Positions 14,580-29,590 of a stretch of 64,000 bases of DNA are shown piece by piece. A program made the position numbers and the translations under genes. Under the pieces are notes generated by a model. The model worked only from the letters and a program-made list of their open reading frames with translations, was not told the origin of the DNA and ran no database searches. The first letter of the stretch is position 1, and each line of letters starts with the position of its first letter. Source of the stretch: the human T2T-CHM13v2.0 reference genome, Homo sapiens; assembly GCF_009914755.1 (NCBI RefSeq), contig NC_060928.1; one strand, given 5' to 3'.

Positions 14580-15164
14580 TGAGTGAATGTTTACGTGGCA
14601 TTCGCAATATTTTAACTGCAATATTTCTCAAGTACTGTGTCAAATATTCAGAAATACCTACTCTTGGAATTTACTCTAGAAAAATGCATCCTAAAATATT
14701 GTTTTAATTCTTTCTGATATGATAAAACTTATTATAAGTTAATTCTTTCCATACTTTTGATGTGTGCTTTCTGTTTAAGTGTCTTGAAATATTTCATCAT
14801 TAGATTAAAGAAAATATGTTATACATTTACCAGTAGAAAACATATCATAATAGGCGATTCTTATCTTACTTTACAGTATTCTCATTCTGAATTTTTTATT
14901 ATTTGTGTTTTATTATGTGTGTTTCTTTCATTAGCCTTAAAGAAATTACCAGTGAATAATAATAACAATGATGCTAGGTAAATAAGGGTATTACGGTAGA
15001 TCACAACAATAGAATGCTATTCATATATTAAAAAATACAAAGAAAAAATGTATACTTTCAAAATAGACATATTTCAAAGTGAGGGGTGTTGACTATGGTT
15101 AAGGTTTTTATATAATAATATGGACAATAAATTATTGTAACTTATTTAAAAAATATAGCCATAC

Positions 15165-15282
15165 CTGCATCTCCTCGTACATACACACACAGCATACTCA
15201 TCTTCTTTTCTATTTAAATATTTTCAGTTGAATATTCATTCAGAAAATTCCCTTGACTTACAGAACAGACATCCTTGACAAA
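15165..15282 (-). pseudogene. Candidate exon, 118 nt (FVKDVCSVSQGNFLNEYSTENI*IEKKMSMLCVYVRGDA)
   Basis: Strong acceptor ttctttgtc(t)ncag| and donor cag|gtatgg; one in-frame TAA. Confidence 0.5.
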
Positions 15283-16365
15283 CTGAAAAAAAAGACAAAG
15301 AAATATTTCATACCATACAAAGACATAAATATTAAAATGTGCTAACATTTTAGAAGCACACATTAAAATGTCAAAATAATTCTCCAAAGTAGAGCCTTTG
15401 TAAATTAAATGGAAAATTATTATCCAAGCTACATACAAGAAATGATTGTCCAAGTTTTTTTCCTCAAAGTCTCCAAAAATATTAGGTACATGACAGTAAT
15501 AGAAAAGAAAAATTATTTCCCCCCAAAGTCAAGGGACCATAAAATACTTTAGCAGAGTAATAATCAATTAAAAAATATCTTACAAACAACAGTTAACTCA
15601 AAAGAAGACAGAATTTTTACTGATTTTGTAGTGGGACCAGTTTTTAAAATTCTACTCTTAATTCTCTAGAATTTGGGAGAAACAAACACAAGCTCAATAC
15701 AACCAATAAAAGAATGTCAAGCTCTGAAATGTATTTAGAAATACAGCGTTTTTCCTACAGCCTCTCTGCCTTTTTTCATCTTTGTTCTCTCTAGAATTAT
15801 CAATGAGCTCAGGCTAATGTATCTATACATTCTCCTGTATATATAGACATATTTTATATACATATACACACAGGCACATAAAGACATTAAATACATATAA
15901 ATACATTATACATACATATATGTGTGTTTATTTTTTTACAAAAACAAGGCCCTTAATGTTACATCTATATATAAATAAAACAATAATCACAATACTTTTT
16001 ACTAATACAAATGAAATGCATAATTTGCTCATATAAATCAAGACCTTTGGATTACTATTATCTCATCATTTTCTTGGCCTTCTTTTATAAATATTGGCTT
16101 TTATTGTAATAATTTAGAACTTTCCGTTCTAGTCTATTTTGGACGTTTTCTTAACGTGCATTATGTACTGCATAACATTTGGGTTAAGGATGAACCACAT
16201 ATACAGCCAGTGGTCCCATAAGACAGGGGCTCCCAACCCCTAGGCCACTGATGGGTGCTGGTCTATGGCCTGTTAGGACTGGGCCGCATAGTAGGTGGTG
16301 AGTGGCAGGCCAAGTGAGCATTACCACCTGAGCTCTGCCTCCCGTCAAATCAGCGGCAGCATTAG

Positions 16366-16966
<601 letters not shown>

Positions 16967-19900
16967 TAGAGTCTCATAGGTGCACAAACCCTGTTGTGAA
17001 CTGTGCATGCGAAGGATCCAGGTTGCCTGCTCCATCTAAGGCTTGATGATATGAGGTGGAAGAGTTTCATTCTGAAACCATTCTCCCCACCACACCACAC
17101 CAGCCCCATTCGTGGAAAAATTGTCTTTCACAAAAACGAGTCCCTGGCGCTAAAAAGGTTGGAGACAGTTGCCGTAGATTTTAATGGAGATGAAAATTCC
17201 TATCAGTTAGTGACATCAGAGCCATCACAGCACCCTAGTACAATGAATTACTTACATGTTTGTGGTGATTCTGGTGTGAGCAAACCTACTGTGCTGCTAC
17301 TTTTTAAAATTATAATAAAAAGTTTAAAAAGTGTATTAAAATAGAAAAGAGCTTAAAGAATAAAAATATAAAGAAAAATATTTTATAGTGCTTTAAAACG
17401 TGTGTTAACCTCTGCTGTTACAAAACAATCAAAAGTTTAAAATTTAAAGAGTTTATACAGTAAAAATGTTACAGTAAACTAAGGTTAATTTATAATTGAA
17501 GAAAATGTTTTAAATAAATTTAGTATAGCCTAAATGTACAGCATTTATAAAGTCTACAGTAATGTACCATAATGTCCTAGGCCTTCACATTCACTCACAA
17601 CTCACTCACTGACTCACCCAGAGTAACTTTCAGTCCTGAAAGTTTCATTCATGGTAAGTGCCCTATAAAGGTATACAGTTTTTTAAAATCTTTGATACCA
17701 TATTTTTACTGTACCTTTTCTATATTAAAGTGTGTTTAGAAATGCAAATATTAACATTTACCATTGAGTTATAATTGCCTACAACATTTAGTACGATGAC
17801 ATGCTACAAAGGTCTCTAGCCCAGGAGTAATAGGCTATACCATGTAGCCTAGGTGTGTAGTAGGCTACACCATCTAGGTTTGTGTAAGTACACTTTATGA
17901 TGTTTACACAATGATGAAATCACCCAATGACACATTTCTCAGAATGTATCCCTGTCATTAAGCAGTACGTGACTGTATGTTTCTTAGTTTTCAGAAACCT
18001 TACTTCCCCTTTATATTATAAATTTCTACTCACAGTGTCATCTTGCATTTTACTACATATTATGGGAAAAATTATTATGCACTATGATTCCTTCTCTTCA
18101 CCTTTTGTAACTTGATATTTCTGCTATAACTCACTTTTAATTTCATTATTTAATTTTGTTAAGTATTTTCCTTAAAGGAAGTTCATGGATGTTATGCTTT
18201 CTAAATTTTGACATATGCATATATGTCTGCAATTTGTCATCACACATGAGTGTTGTCATGGCAGGTTTAGTTTTCTTGTGTATCCATCATTTTATTTCAG
18301 TAGTTATAGTTAATTGTGTTCTGGTTTTCAATGCAGTCTTTACATTTTATTAAGATTTCTTATCATGCTTTATATATTCATGTATAATTTAATATATATT
18401 TTAAATATCCAGCTATATAAAAATTTTCTAAGGACATAACCCAAGATTTGTGATTTATTTTTATCACACATACGATAGCTGAATCAAAGATAAGAGTCTT
18501 ACTAAGTTGGAATAAGAATACTTAATTTTTGTAGATAATTTTTATCATTTAAAAGATACTTTAATGTTTGTGCTTATTTATTCTTAGTTACATCTTTGAG
18601 ACCTAGAGTTCTATCACTATTTAAGAGATGAAGGAATTAAGTCTTGTCAAATTTTAATGCAGTATTCCACCACTATAATTTCAAAACATGTAACACAGGA
18701 AAATGTAACACTAATGAAACTTACCAGTGAATATAAGTTATAAATTATTAACCAGGGACAAGCCAAATAGCTCTTTTGCTTGATGGCCCAGTGTATTTAA
18801 TTTCATTTATAATATATACATTGGGATGGTTCATATAAAACTTTAAATAGTAGTATTCATTAAAAAAAGATATAGCCACACCGAGTGTATATTCTCGCAA
18901 ATAAAACACATGTTTTCCATTTGAGCACAACCTATACATGGTCATAACCTGCACTTCAAAACCTGATTTTCCTCCTCTTGGATATTTCAGTTGATGTCGA
19001 GGCATCTGGATTCTATTTTGAAAACTCCTATACATTAATTAACTAATAAATATACAACATGCAAAATTTCAGGGATATGAAGATGGAATACTTCCTTTTC
19101 TAGCCCAAGAGTAACCAAAAAAATTATTTATTGTATATTTCCATTGTTGGAGGACTTCTACAGTCTACTGTGGGATATACAATTTTTTTAAGGCACAATT
19201 CTATCTTCTTATGCTTCACAATTTATCAGGCAAGAGAGACACAAATGTTAAGTAACCACATAATAAGTTGACAATGAGTAACACTGAGAAATGTGCCACT
19301 GGTAGATTTTAAATGTTGAATTATTATGACTATTGGAATATGGTTTCCTCTTAAAGAAAAATAATTTCCTCATATCAATTCTCTGAGAAATAGTTAATCC
19401 TGAAACAGAATTTAATGGTGTATTAAATTGAGCAAAAAAACAAAATTATCTTCTCTACAGGTCTAAGGGAAGGACTTAAAGAGACAAAAATACTTGGCTT
19501 TGCTTTGGTGTGTATGAGCAGCTCCTATGAAGCAGAGACAAAGCAAGACTGCACATATCATAGAGATTCTGTTTTTTACTAGTAATGTGTATAACTGCAG
19601 TGGTGACATTGTGGAGTGGCTTGCATTTAGAGCAAAAATGTGCATGAGTCTCAGATCCACTAATAAGTATACAGCCAGCAGAACTTACTGAGAAGAGCAA
19701 TGTTTTCACTTGAGGCTGCAGAGAGACAACAGCAGGTTTAGCAACAAAGATTGCCGTGCCCAGTCAAGTGATGACAGCCCAAGATCAGCATTCACAGAAG
19801 AAGCAGGGGTATGGGATGATGAAAAGATTGTGACAAAGTAACCTAACTGACTAGTAAATATAAGAAAAAACATGAGACACTTGAGACATTAACTGCTATT

Positions 19901-20535
19901 AAGAAGGTAACAAGTGCTCATGATTCAATAACTATGATATAAAATCAGGGAGTATAATCACAATTTGAAATCAGAATCAGGTAAAAGTTGAGATATATGG
20001 ATCATAATGTTAATAAAAGAGTGGTTGAAATAAATAATGGAGATATTCTAATGCTATAAGTTTTTTTTTTCTAAGAGAGAATGTTAACTGTCACTGACAT
20101 CTGAAAATACTTTGAGGAGGAGTTGATATTTAAGCGAATCATGGAAAAAAAATTTCTAATGTTTGGCTGCTGTGTGAGGAGTAAGTTCTTCCCAGAGAAA
20201 GGAAGCCACTTGAGAAAAGACTGTGTGAAATACAAGACATTTTGAGAAGAAAGAATGACATGTTGGAGCCTAGGTGATTTGATGTTCCTTTTCACTGTCT
20301 TTGAGAAATGATAAATGATGATTCCAGTGGCAGTAGTACACATGTGATTATGTGTGTGAATCTGTGTCATACTAGCTGAGCGTGTACTTGATCCTACATA
20401 TAGCCATTTATACTTCATTTCATGTATAGATGAAATAACAAGGCAGCCTACATTCCTACAGATACATGAATTCCTCTAGCATTTCCCTACCTGAATAGGT
20501 GGTGTATATGTATTGTGTTTATGCATCATTTTTAC

Positions 20536-20838
20536 CCTAATTTTGAAATCACTTTCTCTTCAACTTTCCTCAAATTTTAGGTAATTCATTTTTCCTTTTC
20601 TCTTTTTTTCAAAATGTCTTGACTTTTCTCTTAAGAGAAAATTTGCTGAATCAAATTTGTTCAATGAGTTTAAGCCTATACAGTACCTTTTTGCTAATCT
20701 GATTTTTATTTTGGTCTGAAAGACATTTTTACCGAGTTTTGGTTTATCAACTTGGAAAAAGTCTATGGGATATTTTATTAAAAATAATTTTATTCCAATT
20801 GTCACATGACATTTAATAGCTCGATTCGAAAGAACTCG
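20536..20838 (-). pseudogene. Candidate exon with 92 open codons (RVLSNRAIKCHVTIGIK...KMNYLKFEES*RESDFKIR)
   Basis: Open frame 20838-20563 in very AT-rich non-repeat DNA; donor agg|gtaaaa after 20536; acceptor at 20762 or 20899. Confidence 0.45.
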
Positions 20839-21974
20839 TTATTTTAATACGATGTTCTACATTAAAAACATTTATTAAATTTAATGCCACCCAAAATATC
20901 TGGAATACAAATATAAGGTGGATATTCACTTGGAAAGAGTTGGGAAATGAAATGTAGCGTCCTCCCAGGGTCTTACTCCTGATTAAACATGAGTCTGCCT
21001 TTGGTAGGAAAGTCAGCCTTGATTTTATTCCAGATAAGCATGACAAAGGCAGTGGTTTGTTTCAGCCTCAAGTTTCTATGGTTTTACTAACTCTAGCCTT
21101 GAGAAGCTTCAGGTAATGTTGAAGCTTGTCAAATATAAAGATTATCAGAATAGGCAGCAAGGTAGAGAGCCGATGCAAAGAGTTCATGTATTGTTATCTA
21201 GAGGAGAAGATGATAGTGCACGGGAGACTGACTTTTAACACTTTAATTCAGAAGTCAGATAGAGTAACATATCATTTTGGGAGATTTTCTGTGCATTATA
21301 GGATACTTGCCACTAGGGTCAGAGAAGATTGTTATGTAACCACAATATGTTTTATATTTTATTTTTAACCTTTCCACACTACGTTTCTCTGTAGAAAAGC
21401 CTTATAGAGCTATAGATAGAAGGAATTAAGTTACACATAGAAATTTCTTTGCTAGAGTAACTGAAAGGGAAGGAAAAGAGGTCAACCAATAAGATGGAGG
21501 AAAGAAAAAGAGTTCAACCAATGAGAGCAGAGGCAAATATCCAAGAGGTCTTGATCAATGGGAATTCATTTTTTTCAACATATTTGTATGTCAGAAACTT
21601 ATTAAAAATTAACATTTATAAACATGTAAAACAAAAACACCTTGTGTGTGTTAAAAAATAGGGTTGAAAAGAATAAACAAAATAAATGATACAATGTAAA
21701 AGCAACTCTAAAAATGCTCAATAGGTCTACAGATAGGGCTTCAAAAATACAAAAAATAAGTTATAATTACAGCTCTATCAATATTTGTCCAACGAGTTGG
21801 TACATTTGATAAATAAAAGATTAAGTTACTCATATGTTTGAGGGGAAGGGTATAAAGTAGAAGTTAGGTGCAATTGCTTTGGAGAAAGAATGTCTGGTTT
21901 AAAATCCTGGCTCCAATCCGTACTGTTAGCCATGGGACTTTGAGAAACATCTTTCAGTTATCCTAGGCTTAGAG

Positions 21975-22580
21975 GCATTTTCTTGACCTACCAGGCTTAA
22001 TATGATCTCATCCCTGCCACCTTTCTGATCCATTTTCACCAATTTATCTAATTCATGCTGTATTTTCCTAAAGCATTTCAAACAATTTACCTAAAACATT
22101 CCAAACAATTAAGGTATTTGCACTTTGCTGTCCTCCTAGCCTGAAATGCTCTTCCTCCAGACATGCTCATAATGCACTCCTTTCCCTTCCTTCACATCTG
22201 GACCTGCAGAGGCTCCTGAGAGAGACTGATTCTGGTCACCACATAACAACATAGCATCTCTCTACCCCACCACTTCGATCCTTTTATTCTGTTTGACTTG
22301 ACTTTTTCCTCTTTGGTATTTATTTCCAACATTTTTTCATAAATTCCAGATCCTGCACAATATTGCCAGCATCTTAGTATATATATTTGTGTATGTATAT
22401 GTATATGTGTTAATGAGTGTATATCATTTCCTGTTTATTGCCTGTTGGTCTGGTTAGAATGTAATCTCCATGAAAATAGGAACTTTAACCATTTAATTCA
22501 TCAACCAGAATACTTGACACATGGTACATGTTGAATACACATTTTTTGCAAAATTAAATCAAGTAATACAATTCACACAA
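21975..22580 (+). mobile_element. L2a LINE 3' remnant, flanked by MIR pieces
   Basis: tttgcactttgctgtcctcctagcctgaaatgctcttcctccaga...ttagaatgtaatctccatga. Confidence 0.75.
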
Positions 22581-23977
22581 TCAAGCATGAATTAGTGAAT
22601 AAAGGTACTGCTACATCTCATAATTTTATAAGTAGAGTACCTGAAACATTAAAAATGTTTAATAAATGTTATTACTATTGCATGCATCGTATTTCTCTTT
22701 TTGCTAATGTTTATAATGAAGTAAACCACAATTTTAAATAACTATTTTATTCAGTTTTCTGTCCTAGATATTGCTACATGTATTGGTACAGAATCAACAC
22801 TTGGTCTATGAAAATAGCTGTACCCCGATCCTTATTAATCATCCTTTCAGTAAGGTAGAATAAAAAGAGAGACTAGTTAGCCCTCCACTGTTCTATAAAT
22901 AAATAGCCCTCTGTATACATTCTTTCCTTATTGTGAGACATTTTTGATAAGATTAAATACACACATGAATATTACTTGATTTTTATGATCCAGATAAAAA
23001 ATAAAACACTTATTTTTATTTAGGGTAAAACATCTGTTTCTCCTTTTCTTATTTGTCAATTTTTTTCTATACAGGTCAACTTAACCAGAAAGTCATTATG
23101 GGATAAAACAAAATGTTCTTATTTTTTAAAATAAATAGAGTCATAAGCAAGCAGCTGCTGAACTTTCTAAGAGTCACAACATTAAAGATGGCCAAATCCA
23201 TTTTCTTCACAATATTAGGTTAGGATTTTTTTTTTTTTTCAAAAAAAAGGAAGAACATTCAGTGAAAAAATATGTTTAGTTTCATAATATAGTTACCATA
23301 ATCTTTTACAAAAGCATTTTTCTTTGTTAATATGAGATTTAAAAGTAATAAAAATATACAGAACTCTTTTTTATATCTTTGTTTTCTATACATACCCATA
23401 TATGTATATATATCAAGATGTATATATATATTATAAGTGGAATCTAAGTATTTTCTGCCAACATTATTTTGATGTATATCTAACATTTATTATGTTTGAT
23501 ATTGTCCACTTGTTGAAAATGTGAGCTTGAAATCTCGTTTTGAGTTTCTTTTTTGTGTTTTCCTTTTTATTCTTAATTTGTTTCTTGTTGTTCTGTTTTT
23601 ATGTTTCTTTCTTCTCCTCATAGTAGTGCAATAATATTAGTCCATTCTTTCACTACTATAAAGAAATACCTGAGACGGGATAATTTATAAAGGAAAGATA
23701 ATTTATGAAGGAAAATTTATTAGCTCATGGTTGCACAGGATGTGCAAAAGCATGACGGCTTCTGGGGAGGCCTCAGGAATCTCGCAGTCATGGTGGAAGG
23801 CACAGGGGAAGCAGCACTTCACATGGCTGGCGCACAGGGATAGGAGAGAGCCAGGAAGTACCACATGCTTTTAAAGAAGAGATCTCATGATAGCTCACCA
23901 TAATGAGAACAGCACCAAAGGGGAAATCCTCCCCCGTGATTCAATCATCTCCCACCAGGCCCCATCTTCAACATTTG

Positions 23978-24647
<670 letters not shown>

Positions 24648-24696
24648 ATTTGCAATTACAATTTGACATGAGATTTGGGATGGACCAGAAGCAGAA

Positions 24697-25067
24697 AGAT
24701 ATGGCATGGCTCTTTGTCCCCATCCAAATCTCACCTTGAATTTTAAACCCCATAGTCCCCATGTGTCAAGAGCCAGACCTGGTGGAGGTAATTGAATCAT
24801 GAGATGGTTTCCCCCATGCTGATCTCATGATAATGAGTGAGTCTCACAAGATCTGATGGTTTTATAAGCTTCTGGCTTTTATAAGCTTCTGCTGCTAGCA
24901 CTCGTTCTCTCTCCTGCTGTCCTGTGAAAAAGTGTCTTCTGCTATGATTGTAAGTTTCCTGAGGCCTCCCAAGCTATACAGAACTGTGAGTCAATTAAAC
25001 CTCTTTTCTTTATAAATTATCTAGTATCAGGTATTTCTTCACAATAGTGTGAGAACGGACTAATACA
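24697..25067 (+). mobile_element. THE1(C-like) LTR copy 2, preceded by a polypurine-tract remnant
   Basis: ggaccagaagcagaa|agatatgg...gagaacggactaataca. Confidence 0.9.
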
Positions 25068-25639
25068 ATTCACGATTACAATTTGACATAAGATTTGGGC
25101 AAGGACACAGACCCAAACCATATAATACCTTTATTGGGTTGTTTGATTTTTTTGACTACTTATTTTATTTTTTTCTCTCTGATTTTACCACTACTGCTTT
25201 GTGAGTCATAAAAACATTTGCTGCTTCTTAGTAGTTAACTTCACTCCAAACCATAAAATGACCTTGATCACTCGAACACTGTATAACTCCTCTGACATAC
25301 ATACAATTTTATCTAGCATTTTAGATATAACTTTCAGTTTACCTCATAAATTAGACAATTTTACATAGGCCCCACTTATTTATTTTTATTGATATGTTCA
25401 TCAAGTTCTTTATAATTTACTCTTGCATCTACAACTCTCTTTCTGGGGTTATTCTTTACCTGAGATGATGTCTTTTGAACCCCTTTGATGAATGTCTGTA
25501 GGTGATAAACTTTTTGTATGTGTTTGTTGGTTTTTCTGAAAATATCTTTATTTTGCCCTTTTCCACACAAAAAAAATAGTTTTACTAGAAACACGACACT
25601 TGGAAAATATTGTTGCACTGTCTTTGGGCTTCTGTAACA

Positions 25640-26450
25640 TAAATTGAATGATCGTGCTGTTTCCTATGTAAGAGGAGCAAAGAAGATGATGACTATACTG
25701 AAAAGAATGTTTTTAGATTTGGTGGTAAGAATCTGAGGGACTTTAAGTCTGGGAGGAGTGGTCATTTGATGGATTTGAGGAGATACAAAACAAACATGAA
25801 TCACATTATCTCAGAAAATGGTGAAGGGAATATTCTACGAAATGACAGTACAGATACCAAACAAAGACAAGTGTTAACTTGACATTAATGATTGTAATTC
25901 AAAGAAAGGTCAGTCAGCAGAGTATTGTGATTTTCTACAGCAACACTTTGGTTTTTATATGCAAAGAATGAGAAGGCAAATTCTGGTTTACTCCAGTCTT
26001 TTGCAAGGCAAGTATGGATGAGATAGAATCAAAGATTGAAGGTGTTAAGACTGTATGTAAGGGAATGGTTTGTATTTGAACCATTAAATGTGCTCTAGCT
26101 AGGTAGCAATTAGAAACAGATTGAGGCCAATAAATGGATATAAACTAGTGGATTCAATGGGTTAAAGTTTTTAATAGGACGAAAGCATTCTTGCAAAGAG
26201 ATTTCTACAGAAAATGATCAAGAAGGTCATGACGTATTATTAATAAATGGTTTAAGATAGAAAGCTTAGAAACAATTTTGTATCTCTCATTATGATATCT
26301 TCAGTGCATCATGGGAGTAGAATGCTGAGATGGAGGCAAGAAAATGGACCACAAAGTGAAGAGATTGGGGACTAAGATGCCATGGCTCTTCCTCCTGGAA
26401 TGGATCATCCACATGAATATGGAGATAATACTAATGTCATTCATCATAAT
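25640..26450 (-). mobile_element. L2 remnants
   Basis: Purine-rich degenerate L2 ORF sequence (ggaatggatcatccacatgaatatgg). Confidence 0.5.
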
Positions 26451-27499
26451 CTCTTGCATGATTTTGAATATATTTGTTAGAAACAATTTAATGTATATTA
26501 CCCACTGAATCAAAATTTGCATCTGACTTTTCTATTAGTCATACATTCAAAAACCAAATTCTGGTGCTTAGGTTTGTGCCTCTGAAATATAGTAAAGATA
26601 CGCCAAAGCTAATGTGGTTCCAGTTTTTATTTAGTGGGTTAAGAAGAGCAAATTCCATTTCCAACTATGTTGCTATCTAGCAGCATAACCTTAGCCAAAT
26701 CAAATGATCTTCCAAGGTTTCAGGTTTTTTGTAGGTAAACACAGTTTAAAATTAAAGTTTACTTAAAATCATTTTTAAACTGAAAGTCTTTCGATTTAAT
26801 TATTTAATTTATTGCTTGTTAAAGTACCATTCGTTGGCTTTGCTCTCTAAGTTCATATAATTACTTTTACTTAAGATGTCCTCCACCACTAAACTTTTAT
26901 ATGGCTATATATTTGTGTGGTATCTGTCACCATGGTACCTAGATATCCAACCAACATAACTGTGTAAAAATAGAAGGTATGTGGGAAGAAAAAAATGTCA
27001 ATCCCCATTTTTCTATTCAAACAGGTATTAGTGAGGCATAAAGATTGTATCTAAAGTTTGTTTTTTTGAGCTTACTGCCCATGTGATTACAGAGTTATTT
27101 ATGAGAAAAAGGACAAAATTCACTATTTATCCAAATGTATGAACATTCAATGTAATATTTACATTTGTTAAATAAAGAAATAAACCTCCCCCTTGGTAAT
27201 CATTACAAATATATATCCCAAATGACAAATAACTATATAAAAATGTAAAAACTACTACAAATGCACACAGGCAATAATGCAGACGATTATAGTAGTAGAA
27301 AAGTGACAGCTAAAATAGACTGCTCATAAAGTTTACCCTTTCTGTTGTTATTTTTTCAATGCCACTATTTTTAATCGCTCTGAAGAAGCTAACAATTTTT
27401 TTTAATGTATGGAAGGAATATAATTAAGACGGAAATAATTGGTAAGGAATAAGTTTAGAGATAATGAGCTGCTACTAAATACCAAAGTAGTTGGCAGTC

Positions 27500-27900
27500 T
27501 AATACAAATCTGGAAAGATTAGAATCATAGATACACAATTTGGAGTCACAGGTATAAAAATAATATTTTTAAAGCTGTGGGACTAGATATCACTTGCAAC
27601 GTATCATAGATTGAGGACAATGAGAAGGGCCTAGAATGGGTTACAGGGTACTCCACTCTGCAGAAGTCTAGAAATAAACATGCATCAACAAGGGAGAGTG
27701 AGAAGACTCTACCAGTGAGGAAAGAGAAACAAGAGTGTATGGTACTAGAAGCCAATGAAAAAAACATGTGAAGAAGACTATGATAGAAAACGATATTCAG
27801 TGCTATTACTATAAACAGGGAAATTATGTTGTTTAGCAAAAAATGATTAATCATGCTGTTGATATGATTCTGACATAAGCTATAATTAGTGAACCCTTGC
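27500..27900 (-). mobile_element. L2 remnant
   Basis: tttggagtcacagg...tttaaagctgtgggactagat...ggaaaacgat. Confidence 0.6.
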
Positions 27901-28375
27901 ATCTTGGTGTTGTACATCATCACGTGAGTATGTACACTTGTCAGATGTCTTAGGTTCTTTTCAGTTAAACATGGAATAAAACCAACTAAATAAATAATTA
28001 ATGAGAAACTGAAAGAGATAACGAAATAGAAAGCTAGATAAAAAGAGACGAAAAAGTGTGACTAATAGAAACACAAACTCATAATATAATAAACAAAGGA
28101 ACATTTAATTTTTTAATAAACCTGAGTAATTGTTCTTTAAGTTATCATAAAATCTTCATGTACATAGATAGGCCTTGAAAAGGAGTCCTGTTTTTTCTGC
28201 TGTGTTGAGAAGTAAACTCTAGAATTACTCTATTGAAGTATTTAAAACTTATGTTTTAAATATCCAATAAAGCAAGATCTGGGTTTTCTCCTCAATAGAT
28301 TTATCATGAAATTATTGACTAACTACAGGAATTAGAGGGAAGGCATTATGTTCTGACTATAGTCCTGTCTGACTT

Positions 28376-28749
28376 TGTATTAGTCCGTTCTCACACTGGT
28401 ATAAGGACATACCCTAGACTGTATAATTTATAAAAGAAAGAGGTGGAATTGACTCACAGTTTAGCAAGGCTGGGAAGGCCTCAGGAAACTTTCAATCATG
28501 GTGGAAGGGGAAGCAAACACATCCTTCTTCACAAGGCAGCAGGAAGAAGTGCCGAGTGAAGTGGTGGAAAAACTCCTTATAAAGCCATCAGATCTCATGA
28601 GAACTCACTCATTATCATGAGAACAGCATGGAGGTAACCACCTCCATGATTCAATTACCTCCCACCAGGTCCCTCCCATAACACTTGGGGATTATGGGAA
28701 CTACAGTTCAAGAATGAGATTTGGGTGGGGACACTGCCAAACCACATCA
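28376..28749 (-). mobile_element. THE1 (C/D-like) solo LTR
   Basis: tgtattagtccgttctcac...ggggacactgccaaaccacatca; perfect 5-bp TSD gactt. Confidence 0.92.
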
Positions 28750-28838
28750 GACTTTATCATCTTGCAGGGGAAAGGGGCGTTACTTTCCCCTTGAGAGCTT
28801 AGGATCCCCCTCTTATTTGATGGGGGAATTGACTACAT

Positions 28839-29216
28839 AAATAGTCCCCAACCTTTTTGGAATCAGGGGCCAGTTTCATGGAATACAATTTTTCCATGGA
28901 TGGGGGTGCAGTGGATGGTTTCTGAATGAAGCTGTTCCACTTCAGATCATCAGGCATTAGATTCTCCTAAGGAGCTTGCAACCTAGATCCCTCATATGTG
29001 TAGTTTAAAGTATGGTTCATGCCCCTACGAGAATTTAATGCCACCAGTGATCTGAAAGGAGGTGGAGCTCAAGCAGTAATGCAAGCCATAGGAAGCAGCT
29101 GTAAACACAGATTAAGCTTCACTCACTCACCAGCCACTCACCTCCTGCTGTGTGGCCCAGTTCCTAATAGGCCATGGACTGGTACTGGTCCAATGCTTAG
29201 GGATTGGGGACCCCTG
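28839..29216 (-). mobile_element. MER1-family hAT MITE
   Basis: gtccccaacctttttgg...gattggggacccctg; 8-bp TSD gactacat/aactacat. Confidence 0.88.
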
Positions 29217-29519
29217 AACTACATCATGATTAAATAAACTTTCATCTATATGATTCTATAGTTTTTTTTAACACAGATGTTACCTGAAACCTCTAAGCTT
29301 TTGGAGACAACATTAGGCTTAGCTGTGCACATTCAAATTATTTTTTAAGATATTCATGAATCTTAAGGCAAAAGGCACATCAGTGAGATTATATTTTTAC
29401 ATATGCTTCTGCTTTCTAGAATTTTATGTATCTAGGGACTATTCTTTTATCTGTGTAATGTGTCAAACAACGTGGAGATATATTCCCTCTTCAGGATTCC
29501 AAATAAAAGAAAAAAAATG

Positions 29520-29590
29520 AGAAAAGAAAGTAAAAAAGGGAGAGAGGAAGGGAGAGAGAGAGAGAGAAAGAAAGACAGGAAGAAAGAAAG
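29520..29590. repeat. GA-rich simple repeat
   Basis: gggagagagagagagagaaagaaag. Confidence 0.8.

Noticed and set aside
22680-23220. Protein-looking minus-strand translation (MSHNKERMYTEGYLFIEQWRAN...)
   Set aside because: About 11 stops in 180 codons is near chance for this composition, and there are no clear splice boundaries.
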